Shown: positions 51,611 through 63,825 of the stretch, in pieces | Position numbering within the stretch: position 1 is the first letter of the stretch | Layout of the letters: each line of letters starts with the position of its first letter | Origin: Octopus sinensis | Lineage: Eukaryota | Assembly: GCF_006345805.1 (NCBI RefSeq) | Contig: NC_043010.1 | Span: 1,736,001 to 1,800,000, forward strand | Length of the DNA: 64,000 nt | Direction: 5' to 3' | Program-made: the position numbers and the translations under genes | Notes under the pieces: model-generated | Databases searched by the model: none | The model's input: the letters and a program-made list of their open reading frames with translations, nothing else | Told to the model about the DNA's origin: nothing

Positions 51611-52763
51611 GTTCTGTTTTATATGTGACCATTGCGTATTTGTGTATATTACAAGAGGGTAGGGTGTTATTGGAAGTAGATTTGGTTGTCATATTTGGTT
51701 ATTTCGGAACTAACGCGTAGATTCCGTGATAGCTTGTACCCTCATCATCTTGAAGGAAACAAGTGCAGTGACAGAGCTAGTATTGCTAGCTCGCCCTCAC
51801 TTTCTACTTGTTACCCTACTGAACAACTGTTTCCACGGTTGATATTTGTTTCAATGTGTTTCGATGAGTGTGTTTGTCTGCTTGTGTGTATGTGGTCGTT
51901 TGCGAATCTGTTGTGTCCGTGTGTATTGTCTTGTGCGTATGTAGCTGTTCATGTCTCACTAGGATTCTGAGTGTGTATATAGGCGGTTGAGTGTTTCACA
52001 GTTCTGTCAATGTTTGTGTGCTTATGTGAATACGGTTGTATACGAAACTCGTGTTTATTTCGTTGTAAAATGTGTCACTATAGAAATTCTGCGTGTGTGT
52101 CAGTTTGAAACGAGATATTCTTTCATCTTCCAACACCGTTCAATTAAAACCAGTTACTAAAATTAGTTATTAACGCCCCCCCCCCTAGTCAAATGCCTAG
52201 CAACCTGTTAACTAGCATACCAACCAGTCAACAAGCTCGTCTACCAATTAACCAACAAACAGACCAGCCATCCAACCAATCTACCAGCACGCCAGCTAAC
52301 TAACCACCCAACTAACCGAACAGACAACCAGTTAACCAGCCAAGCACCCGAGGCACAATTTCTAATCTACATCAGCATTATAAATTCATTTGGTGACGAC
52401 AGCAGCCACAACAATAACAACAACAACCACAAATAGTGTTGATTACTTTTTTAACGTGTGTGAAATATCTACTAATGATCTATTTCGATAATTTATTTAA
52501 GAACTTTTTAATATTTTTGGTTATTTTTTTATGCTTAGTTTTTAGTCAGATAAAAGAGATAATTAGATTTCTCGTTTTAATTACTCTTATTATTGTTGGT
52601 GAGCTTGCAGAATCGTTAGCACGGTGGACAAATGGCATGGCTGCATTTCATTCACCTCTTTACGTTCTGAGTTCAAATTCCACTGAGATCGACTTAGTCT
52701 TTCATCTTATAGGGGCCGATAAAAGTACCAGTTGAGCACTGGGGTCGATGTAATCGACTAGCC

Positions 52764-53260
52764 CAGTGGTTCTCAATCATTTTTTTTTATCTATGGACCC
52801 TTTTGATTGGTATTTTATTCTGATAACCCCCCACCCCATATCCATCGGATGTTCAAAGAATAATTTTATAGATGCTTCTTTCAAAATTTCTATTTTATTT
52901 TTCAAATATTGCTCAACTGATACTTTTATCGACCCCTATAAGATGAAAGACAAAGTTGATCTCTGTGGAATTCGATCTCAGAACGTAAAGAGGTAGCTAA
53001 AATGCCGCCCTGCATTTTGTCCACTGTGGTGTCACTTCTGCAATTAATTAAAATTTTCAAATATTCATTTGTGTAGTTTGACCTATGCAAAACGTTAGAA
53101 AAAAACAGCTGATTTTTTTGCAATATATATATATCTATAGTAAAAAAATTTTCATGGACCCTAAAAATACTAACTTGGATCTCCAATTTGCTATTTTGCT
53201 TGCATGGAGCCCCCAAAATGTATCGTCAGGGGTCATATGAGCCGCTATTGAGAATCACTG
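52764..53260. mobile_element. hAT MITE inserted in a SINE B and containing a SINE B piece
   Basis: TIR CAGTGGTTCTCAAT / ATTGAGAATCACTG; perfect TSD GACTAGCC at 52756-52763 and 53261-53268. Confidence 0.9.
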
Positions 53261-53514
53261 GACTAGCCCCTTCCCCAAAACTCAGGCTTTGTACCAATAA
53301 AAGGAAGAATTTTTTTATTAGTGTGGCGTATTGGCAGAATCGTTAGAGCGTCGGACAAAATATGCTGCGGTATTTTTCAGGCCTTTTTACATTCTTGCGG
53401 AAGTTAACTTCGCCTTTTTGCGGAGGCTATGAAATAAAATACTTGTCTGGTTTTGTGATCGACTTGCCCCTGCTCCCAAAATAGCCTATAGTAGAAAGGA
53501 TTATCATTATTATT

Positions 53515-53935
53515 TCGTTTGATTTCCATTTTATTTCATCTTCTGGCCGGGTCTCAACCAGATACCTAAGGCTCGTATATTCTACATGGAGAGAAAGTTC
53601 CTGAGAGGGTGAGCGGTTGATATCAACATAATTCTTTGAACCTCGTAGATTGTCGGTTTCCCTGAGATCTGGTCAAAAACTTTGTCGGTACCTTTCTTTA
53701 TCATCTGCACAACAACAGGGGTGGCTTTGGTTTTTAATTTCCACGCCCTCATATCTCCATCTCAAGGTCCTTATATTTCGACATTTTTCAAATTCTTTTG
53801 CAAAGATATTTCTATCAATAAGCACTGACATATCAATTAACAGGCATGTTTTCCGTCTTTATCTTTGATGACGATATCTGTCCTGTTAGCATTTATTTTT
53901 GCCTGCCTGTACGTATCCCATTGCACACTAGTGTT
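53515..53935 (-). mobile_element. Dong/R4-like non-LTR retrotransposon 3' fragment (restriction-like endonuclease)
   Basis: Frameshifted QWD..., NANRTDIVIKDK, CLLIDMSV, KEFEK.SKYKDLEMEI, WKLKT..PVVV, STAHPLRNFLSM*; matches the RPD..D..E-K-KY RLE pattern; 3' end abuts (TAA)n. Confidence 0.85.
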
Positions 53936-54317
53936 TCAGGCACAAAACATTTTATTATACAATTAACATAGAAAATGTTTTCATTTGGTTCGATTTACCA
54001 CCAAAGGTAAATGGATGAAAGGCCTTAGCGAGATCTGAACACGGAACGTAAAGAGCCGGAAGAAATGCCCCTAAGCATTTTGTCCGCCGTGCTAACGATT
54101 CTGCCGGGTCACCGCCCAAGGGAATGCTATGATTTGGTGAAAGAAACTGCAGATGTACATTCACGAGGTTAGTAAGTGTTGCTGTCCGAGCTCTTGAATA
54201 ATATATCCTGTTTATGACAGATAAACAGGATATATAATCAACACGTCAAATATTATGAAAAAATTATTATCTCCCTTGTAATACCTACGGTAACTGGGTA
54301 TCACACACACACACACA

Positions 54318-54357
<40 letters not shown>

Positions 54358-54359
<2 letters not shown>

Positions 54360-54535
54360 TTAATCCAAACAAGAAAACAAAAAAAAACACAACAACGCGA
54401 GGACGTGGAACAAATATAGTATTATTGGACGCTCAGGGAAAAAGGAGGGTTTAACGTTTCGAGCGGAGCTCTTCGTCGGAAACATAGAAGGGAAGACAGA
54501 GGAAAAAAATCGCCAACGGTACACACGAGGTCACA
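54358..54535 (-). mobile_element. Penelope-like/retrozyme-like element, family 1 copy 3
   Basis: Homology to the other two copies; same GTTAATCCAAACAAGAAAAC boundary after (CA)n(TA)n. Confidence 0.7.
54449..54483 (-). ncRNA. Hammerhead-like motif, family 1 copy 3 (CCGACGA core variant)
   Basis: Identical over 35 nt to copy 2. Confidence 0.5.
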
Positions 54536-54739
54536 CATACATACATACGACGGGGTTCCACATTGTTGCCAGTTAGCAAAAACAGATTCATTCACAAGGC
54601 ATTGATCAGCCTGAGGCCTATAGAAGACACCTACCCAATGTGCCTCACAGTAGGACTGAACCCAGAACTACGTGATTGCAAAGCGAGCTTCTTAATCACA
54701 CCCCCTATATGTGTGTGTGCACGCGCGCTCTTGTATGTG

Positions 54740-54962
54740 CAAGGCCGGATTAAGACCCATAGAGACCCTAAGTACATAAAAGATTTTGGTGCCCCACATG
54801 TATGGTATTCAAAATAGGTAATAATTATAGTAATCCATAAAATAAAGTTTCCCCTTCGAATATTATTTTAGCAGGTTTAAAGTGATTTCTTTTGTGGCGT
54901 AAACCATTTACCATAATGTCCCAAGCACGTGCTTATTTTGCTTAATGATTAATCCAGTGGTG
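54740..54962. mobile_element. hAT-type MITE (CAGGGCCGGATTAA-like ends)
   Basis: CAAGGCCGGATTAA ... TTAATCCAGTGGTG; flanks TGTATGTG / TGTGTGTG. Confidence 0.55.
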
Positions 54963-55888
54963 TGTGTGTGTGTGTATGTGTCTCAGCATGTCATAGTTGT
55001 CAATGGGAGTAAGCGGAACATTCCAAGCGAGGCCAGTTGATACTCCGAATGTAAGCTGACGCCAGGAGTAAAAAGGAGAGGAAATTGTTCTCTCTCGTTG
55101 CAGACTTTAAACCACATTTAAACCCATCTTCGTGGAAAAATTCGCAACAATTTAACCTCACCTCCATCCACCCCACTTTACTCTGTCTCAGGTGTAAATG
55201 TCTCACTACCTGTAATCAATAACTCATTCACATTTCATAACAAATTTTTATTGTTATTTTTTCGTATTTTGGAAAGATTTGGGCGGTGGGTGGGGAAGAA
55301 GCAATGAAGTTATTTACTTTTTTGTTTATCCATATTTTTTGCTTGCAATTGATGTAGTTCTTTCATTTGTTCTCTCACTTCTTCACTTTCTCTTTTTCTC
55401 TTATTCATTCACACCGCGCGCCTTCCTTCTATTTTACTTCTAAATTCTCTCATACTTAACACGTCTTACTTTCACTCACTCGCAAACACTTATTCTCTCA
55501 CTCCCTCACTCATTAACTCTGACGCAGTCTCACTCTCACTCACGTATTCTCATTCACTCACTCGCATTCTCTCATTCACTCACTCGCATTCTCTCATTCA
55601 CTCACTCGCATTCTCTCATTCACTCACACACACTTACTCGCATTTTCTCATTTATTCGCTCTCTCTCTCTTTCTCACTCTCTCACTCATTTTTACTCACT
55701 CACTCTCTCTCTCTCTCTCTCTCTCATTTACACACTCTCTCTCTCTTTCACACACACTCTCTCTTTCACACACACACTATCTCTCTCTCAAAAATTTCGC
55801 ATCTATTTTTCTTTCTTTTGCCACCTTCAATCACACGTCTCTCTATTATTCGCCCTTTAACACATTCGCTTTCTTTCCATTATGCCTG

Positions 55889-55923
<35 letters not shown>

Positions 55924-57669
55924 GTGGTTCTCGGTAAAATCTCCTCCACAGACAGAACAGACCAACTTTTTAAATCCAGGGTGTGTCAAAAATATTGATC
56001 TGCTGATAAAAACGATTTTTTTTTCTGTCTTTGCAGAATCTGAATCGTGAATAATATTTTCATATTGGAAAGTAAAGGACGGGGGAGGGGGGAGGATAAT
56101 GAGCGACAAACAACAAATGCATTAAAACACAAAGGTAAAACACAGAGAGAGAGAGAGAGAGAGAGGGGGCAGTGAGTGAGCAGGCCAGACAGAGAGAAGA
56201 GTATAGAAATGGGGAGACACATAGAGACGAGTCTATGTAAAGGGAAAGGAGGAGGTGCAGATAGACATAAGAGATGTAGATGCAGGCAGTTAGGCACACA
56301 GACAGGCACACAAAGCGGGACATAGTGAGAGAGCGACAGACATAGAGAGAGAGTGACACAGAGAGAGAGCAACAGACAGAGCGACACAGAGAGAGAGCTA
56401 AAGAGAGAGAGAGATAAAGGGAGAAAGAGAGAGAGAGAGAGCTAAAGGGAGAGAGTGTGTGTAATGTAACTCGAGTTCAGTTTTGTCTTCTTGCTGAGAC
56501 CTCACTAAAGATATTTCGTATACCAAAATTCATGTCATTAGTCCATTTCGGTTATTTCCCTTTGTTCACCATTTTGTCACAGACACAGAGAATGAGTACA
56601 AAGAAAGAAAGGAATAAAGTACGGAGAGAGAAAGAAAAGCAAAGCAAAATACAAGAGAATGAAAATGATTCGTTGCCCAAACAAGTTCGAGTCCTTGCAT
56701 CTGAGCAACGCTACTGCACAATGCACGTTGCGACTGAACGGTGCAACACCGTACAGACAACCACCACCAATGATTATAACTGGTACTCCGCGTACTCTTA
56801 ACGTAGTCCTCGAGGACATTCAGTGTGACACACAATGTGACAAGGCTGGCCCTTTCAATTACAGGTGCTATACATTTTTTGCCAGCCGAGTGGATTGGAA
56901 CTAAATGAAATAAAGTGTCTTCTTGAAGGACGCAACGCGCCGCTGGTTTTCGAACTCCCGACCTAACGATCGCGAACCGAATGCCCTAACCACTAAACCA
57001 CGCGTCAGCATTACAGCTGATACATCACTCCAATTCAGGAGTGTTTCGTTTATTAGATTTTCAAAACTTGATTCGAAACTTCTCTTCAAGGAATGGTTCT
57101 GCTTTCTGAACAATGTGATCACGCCATGGCTCATTGTTAATTGATACGGATTTCTGCGTTTTTCGTTTCTTTTCGTTTCTTTTCTTTTTTATTCTTGCAT
57201 TTTTTTTTTCATCACCCTGACACACAGACATACGCGTACAGAGAGGTATGTGTGCACGCGCACATTTGCACACGCCCACATACATGCGCGCGCTTTCCGG
57301 CACGCATAGGCGCACACATGTACACACTCCCGTGCACACACAAAGTATATATACACTAACATGCATGAATATGCATTCATACATAATATACATACGCGCA
57401 CACATATACAAACACACACATTAATACAAAAACACACACACATACAGATACACACGTAAACACAAACACATTTTGTACTAATGACTCGCTGACCTATTAA
57501 TTAATTAATTGATTTATTAATTATTCTACGACACAGTGTAAATGGGAGCTTCTGAATGGCAGTTTAACTTGCCAAAAATAGCGACCAACTCCTCACTCAA
57601 ATTCCAACTTATCGCCTTGTAAAATAAATGGCACATTAGTTAATGTAGGCCTCGATAGACTGTCTAGTG

Positions 57670-57870
57670 CAGTGATTTTCAACCAGGGTTCCGCCAGTAC
57701 AGTCCAGGGGTTCCGCAAGAAGTTACAAAACTGCTAAAATCAGCAGTAATTTTCAATTCTCCTGTGCAGATATGTGTGCATAAAACTATTAAATTATTGC
57801 ACTGAGGTTCCTCGAGCCAGTGGAATGTTTCCTTGGGGTTCCGCTCCAGCAAAAAGTTTGAAAAGCACTG
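57670..57870. mobile_element. hAT MITE
   Basis: CAGTGATTTTCAACC / GTTTGAAAAGCACTG; perfect TSD GTCTAGTG at 57662-57669 and 57871-57878. Confidence 0.85.
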
Positions 57871-57873
57871 GTC

Positions 57874-58146
57874 TAGTGGTTCCCAAACTTTTTCGAGTTG
57901 CCGCCCCTTAGCACCCGGGTCACATTGCTAGCGCCATCCCACCCACTCACCGCCACAAACATAGACCATTTTCTGCAGAAAATTCAAAACAACTGTATTT
58001 CACAAATTGAACTTAACCTGAATAAACCATTATTTTCTTGTTTTTACATCCATCGCCTTCCTTTTGGTCACTCCATTTCTTCAACACCGCCACCCCAGAT
58101 CTTTCACCGCCCCAGGAGTCAGTACCACCCACTTTGGGAACCACTG
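57874..58146. mobile_element. Second hAT MITE, abutting the first
   Basis: TAGTGGTTCCCAAA / TTTGGGAACCACTG; right flank GTCTAGAA. Confidence 0.8.
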
Positions 58147-58620
58147 GTCTAGAATCTTGTTAAATTCCCTCCAACCACCGATTTTTCACGAGATTATTTT
58201 CAAAAAATATAACTTGTACGCAGTTTTACATAATGATGACGAAAATCGCTTTCATTATTTTTTGTCAAGCAATTTAGAATTAAAGAAATTACAAGCTTCT
58301 AAATTTATGTAATTCAATAAAAGTTATGTATACTGATCGCTTGAGCCACGGAGATCAGTACAAACGAAACCTTTACATGGTCTCTCGAAGTACAAGAAAT
58401 AGCAGCTAAAACTTCTTTAAACAACACCATAGCGTCTAGATATATATATATATATATATATATAAGGACGATGCCTTGTGTCACAGTGTAGCGTATTTCC
58501 CCGCTTGAGGCAGGACCAAGTTCGCTCCTCATGTTAAGTGTTATCAAAAGCTTTTAATGTTAATCTCTGCGGATGTTAGCTTTTATCGAAGCAAATCAAT
58601 ATACTTTCTTTTTTCTTCGA

Positions 58621-59017
58621 CTCTTTTACTCTTCTGCTTGTTTTAGTCATTTGACTGTGGCCATGCTGGAGCACCGCCTTTAGTCGAGCAAATCGACCCT
58701 AGGACCTATTCTTTGTAAGTCTAGTACTTATTCTATCGGTTTCTTTTGCCGAACCGCTAAGTTAAGGGGGCGTAAACACATCAGCATCGGTTGTCAAGCG
58801 ATGTTGGGGGAGGGAGACAAGCACAGACACACAAACATATACACACACATACATAAATATATATATATATATACGACGGGCTTCTTTCGGTTTCCGTTTA
58901 CCAAATCCATTCACAAGGCTATAGAAGACACTTGCCCAAGGTGCCACGCAGTGGGACTGAACCCGGAACCATGTGGTTGGTAAGCAAGCTACTTACCACA
59001 CAGCCACTCCTACGCCT
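58621..59017 (-). mobile_element. SINE family A, full length; other copies at about 44950-45110(+), 47650-47765(-), 50610-50815(+), 50950-51090(+), 54545-54700(-), 59670-60030(-), 62445-62605(+)
   Basis: Reverse complement of the family consensus from head to tail. Confidence 0.85.
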
Positions 59018-60299
59018 AAAATTCTGGTAAACTTGTTAAACTTTGGTGGTGAATAAAGAACTGCTTAAAAGAAAAAGATAGAAACCATTTCATTTTCCAA
59101 AGCAATTACGAAAATGGCACGAATTGAGTTGACAGGAATTAGGGTTATGTCACTTATATCGGACTCACAGAACTTGTCCAGCACTTATTTTATCAACCCT
59201 GGAGAATAGCTAAAAGACAAAGTTTGTAGGTGGATCATATCTGAACACCACCAGGTATATCGTATGTCACTCTGCCTATCCTTTCAATCCAGCAAGCTAC
59301 GAAGTTTTCTTTCAAAACAGTAGAATTAGACGGTACTTTATTCTTGCATTTTTAAAAAAATTTAAACTAGCATCACCCGACAAAAACAGTTGAGTTTGAG
59401 AAAAGACAAGACATTATTGGTATAGTACCACATATCACATGTCTGAAGCAAGAGTAAGTGGAGAATGTAGATCTGCGTATGCAAGACAAAGAGATCAAAC
59501 AGATGGCGAGGGCGCCTATGAAGCAATGAGCATTCAGAATTTCATTCTAAGCGAAAGTTGCAAGAGCCTTTGACTGGGATATACTGGCCCAAACTGGAGC
59601 CTAGCAGCCAGTAATACACGTCAGAGAAGTTAGGTCTACTGACAGAAATTGCTACAATTTTTTTACCTTTCACTGTTTTCAGTTATTAGAGCATGCTGGG
59701 GTACCTAACACCTTGAAGGATCGAGTCGTAAAACACGACCCCGGTACCTAGTTTTAAGTCAGGTGTTCTACTAGTCTCTTTTTGCTAGAGCTCTAGTTTA
59801 CAAGGACATAAATGAATTAACACCGGTTGTCAAGCAGCGGGGAGAACACACACATACATACAAAGACACAAATACACGGTGATCTTCCACACAGTTTCCG
59901 TCAACCAAATTCACTCACAAGGCATTGGTCATCCTGGGGGCAATAGTAGACATTTGCCCAAGGTGCTGCGCAACAGGACCGAACCCAAAACCACGTGGCT
60001 TTAAAGCGAGCTTCTTAACCACACAGCCCTTTACTTGACAATAAGGATTGCAATTTGAGACACCGTTTTGCACCTGTATAGCAACACACACACACACACA
60101 CACAGTCCACATACACATGCACACGCTTACATATGCACATACACCGAACGCACGCACACTCGGACACACAATGTCCACATACACACGCGAACACGCAGGC
60201 GCATTCACGCGCACGTGCGCAATGTCTACATACACACGCACGCGTACTCTTTCGCACGCTTGCAAACGCACACACACACACACACACACACACATATCG

Positions 60300-60565
60300 G
60301 GTACTACTTGAGAACAGTGGTCCCGGTGCGCGCACTCGCGTAGTCGCGCTAGCTAGTCGTGACTAGTCGATTCTACGACTACCTAGCAAAGTAAATAAAA
60401 CGCAAAATAATTTTTTGCACAAAGTAAATAATTTTTTAAAACACAAAATAATTTTTTAAAACAAAGTAAATAACACAAAGTAAGGATCGACTAGTCATGA
60501 CTAGCTAGCACGGATGCGCGAGTACGCGAGTGCGCCCACCGGGACCACTCTTCTTAAGTAGTGCC
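60300..60565. mobile_element. CpG-rich MITE with about 70-bp TIRs and 9-bp TSD (Merlin- or Mutator-like)
   Basis: GGTACTACTTGAGAACAGTGGTCCCGGTGCGCGCACTCGCGTA...CTAGCTAGTCGTGACTAGTCGAT mirrored at 60486-60565; TSD CACATAT(C/T)G at 60291-60299 and 60566-60574. Confidence 0.85.
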
Positions 60566-61897
60566 CACATATTGAGCTTCTGCACTCTTTCCTCCTCCCA
60601 AAATTTATTTCCCAAGCAGTCACCATCCCAAAACTGCCGAATAGAAAAACATGCTGAAGGCACTCTGCACTGGGCTGGAACCTGGAACCGAGTGGTTATG
60701 AAGAGCGCTTCTCCATCTGCACGTATTCCTAATTGTCGTCCATTGTCCAAAAATCGCAGCTTTTTATTATTATTGATTTTTATATTTAATAATGTTTTAT
60801 CCTTACAATTCCCATCACACACGCACATCCTAACCAGATATTCTCTTACATGTCGTATTGCTACGAGTGTTTTATCGTATGAATAGTATCGTCCCTTTAA
60901 GACAACGCCATCTCGTGAGATAGAGTTTATTATGAGCATTCGTTGTATTTCTGTTGTAAAGATGGGAAATTATAAACTAAGGTCGGGGGGGGGCTTGAGG
61001 GTGATGATTGTTGGTGTCTGGTGAGACTTGAGACAGCGAACCACGGCCTGACATCTAGTTAATATGACCAGCTATATAATGTGAAATAATGTAGGTCTGC
61101 GTGGAAGAGGCAGGTTAGATAGATGGAAAACTTTTGCAGCATATCTAGAAATCAATAGCAACAATAAATAAGTATCGACCAACAAGCCAAGTAACTGTAT
61201 AAAAATATGATAAACGGTGGGCATTTCGGGAGAATAATAAGACAAACGTCTTCTTTATAATCGCCAATTTATGATAGCAACTCTCGAGAGGACAAAATTG
61301 TAGTCATTTGTTGAAACTATGGAGATTAAATTCGGAGAAATAAAATGCAGCTCTGGTATGGCGCTTGTTGAATTGTATATTCAAATATGTTTCCCTTCGT
61401 TTTGTCCATCCGGTGATAAAATACATTAGTTTCAGCTGCAGAATTAATTCTAATGTACGATGATGAAGTGGAGATGAGAGGAAAAAAGATGAACAAAATC
61501 TCATCAAGGGGAGCAACTCTATATGGCCTTAATTTTCATTTGTAGCATCTTCGCTTATTTTCTCAATACTTGAACTAAAAAAAAAGTTCTTCAAATACGT
61601 AAAAATGAGTAAGAATGAGTAAAAATATGACAGGGACTTTAAGAATGGTGTATCAAAATGAATATATGAAGGAGCCTTTAGTCTTATAAATAATAATTGA
61701 ATTTAAGCTGTTTGTGGAAGTTGAACTATGAAGAAAATTGTATTCGAAGTAGATTAAGTGCTTCACACACGCACACGCCGTATTTACTTGCGTAAAAGTT
61801 GCACTGTCTTATACTTGATTATAATAGGGGAAAAAACTGGTATGCCACACATATACAGGTAAATACGGTGTGCTTGTATAAATGTGCGTGTGTATAT

Positions 61898-62066
61898 GGG
61901 CGCAGGTGTGGTAGTGTGGTAAGTAGCTTGCTTACCAGCCACACGGTTTCGGGTTCAGTCCCACTGCGTAACACCTTGGACAAGTGTCTTCTACTATAAC
62001 ACTATAACATCGGGCTGACCATCGCTTTGTGAGTAGATTTGGTAGACGGAAACTGAAAGAAGCCTG

Positions 62067-62106
<40 letters not shown>

Positions 62107-62287
62107 TTGTGTGTCTGTGTTTGTCCCCCACCATCGCTTGACAACCGATGTTGGTGTGTTTACGTCCCAGTAACTTAGCGGTTCGGCAAAGAGACCAATA
62201 GAATAAGTATTAGATTTACAAAGAATAAGTTCTGGGGTCGATCTGTTCGACTAAAGGCCACAGTCAAATGACTGAAACAAATAGAAT
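61898..62287 (+). mobile_element. SINE family A, full length
   Basis: GGGCGCAGGTGTGGTAGTGTGG head, internal (TA)n, tail CAGTCAAATGACTGAAACAA. Confidence 0.85.
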
Positions 62288-63089
62288 ACGCATGCGTGTG
62301 TGTGTGTGTTTATATATCTATGCACGTGCACACACTTAATATGTAGAATTGGAAAAGAAATAATGTAATTAGACTGATGAAGGAAACTTGTATTCTGTGT
62401 ACTAAAAAGGTGAACTAAAAAATCTCAAGGGGCTGAAAAACTCCATCCAGGCGTAGCTGTGCGCTAAGAAGCTTCCTTCCCAATCACACGGTTCCGAGTT
62501 CAGTCCTACTGCGTGGCATCTTGGGTAAGTGTCTTCTGCTATAGACTCGAGCCGGCCAAAGTCTTGTGAGTGGATGTAGTCGGTGGAAACCGAAAAAAGG
62601 CAGTTATATATTAAAAAAAAAAATAGAACAAAAACGCAATAGAGGACAAAACATCCGGACAGGCAGACGATACAAAGGCGGACAGGAAAAACAACAAATA
62701 GAGAGACAAGAAGAAAAAAAAAGACGGATCATTCGTGGCCTTTTCTCCTAAGTCTAGTTTCCAGATTGTCCTAACAGTTTCGGGCAATTACATTTGAGAC
62801 TGGTGACAACCAGATTTGAACAGTCACCTGATTGACCCATCCGTCGGAATCATCTTAAAGTAAAACATAAACAAGTAAGATGGAAACAAAGAAGTCCTCA
62901 CTACCGTCTAGAAATCCTACATAGTACTGGGCTATTTGTACATGAGGTATTCTACTCATTAAGTTTTATGCACAAAACGTGTAAGATGTTAAATTACTGA
63001 ACAATTTCACTCAGCAAAAGTTGAAATGAAATGCTCGAGGCACATCATATGAAAATGTTACTTTTTCCAAACAATATTCTTGCGATCGG

Positions 63090-63360
63090 CCTTGTCACAT
63101 CATCCTGTGATAAGCCTGGTCACATCATCAGTGAAGCTTCTTGCAGTATTTCGAGGTTTTCTTCATCAGATACCCTCACCGAGGCGGTCCAGCTGGACTT
63201 GATCAAGCTCTATGTGTCCAATTAGCAATTTCCCTGTTAGCACTGGCCCTTCCAAGGCTCGCATCTCCTGATACACAATCACCTTGAGGCAACCTCAGCT
63301 GCTTCCACAATCAACCAGATGGCTTTCTACCTTCCAGCCCTTGTGATGCCAAGCATGTTG
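63090..63360 (-). mobile_element. Hero-like (R2/NeSL-related) non-LTR retrotransposon 3' end
   Basis: LGITRAGR*KAIWLIVEAAEVASR*LCIRRCEPW, resembling the Hero ORF terminus; 3'UTR CTTGATCAAG.CCAGCTGG...GGTGAGGGTATCTGATG...CACTGATGATGTG. Confidence 0.75.
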
Positions 63361-63825
63361 GTATGAAAATGATGGATCGTTTTAAATTTTGACACAAGGC
63401 CGGCAGTTTTAGGGCAGGGCTAAGTCGATTATATCTACCCCAGTTTTCAACTGGCACTTATTTCATCGACCCCCAAAACCTCGAAAGAATAAAAGGCAAA
63501 GTTGACCTTGGCGGAATTTGAGATATATATATATATATATATATAGAATACAGTAGCGGTCATGATATAAGGGTCAGTAAGTACACGTTTATTGAAATAG
63601 TCATTATAGAAGATTAACTAACAACGCGTTGAGACTAGATATTCTACACATTTAGATCTACGTTAATATCTGTCTTACGTGAAAACTTAAAGTGAACGGA
63701 ATAAATATTTCGTAAGCTATGAGGAAATAAACAAGCGATCTTCCAAATTTGCAGCGGCTAAAAGTTAAGGGTCTCTTAGAAAAAAGTGAACTGCTAACTG
63801 TTAATTCTTATGATCTTAGATTATT

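Noticed and set aside
56575-56842. TGTCAC...GTGACA solo-LTR candidate
   Set aside because: The right end belongs to a SINE D-type tail and no TSD is present.
59030-59660. Moderately complex unique-looking stretch as a possible exon or TE remnant
   Set aside because: Short open frames only; nothing recognisable.
60505-60939. 144-aa minus ORF and 118-aa plus ORF
   Set aside because: They overlap a MITE TIR and a decayed SINE A head; no recognisable domain.
62373-62390. CTGATGAAGGAAAC on the plus strand
   Set aside because: No stem II or flanking helices.
63140-63185. CUGAUGA...GAAA in the Hero-like 3'UTR
   Set aside because: No credible stem II or cleavage-site geometry; reads as a simple hairpin.
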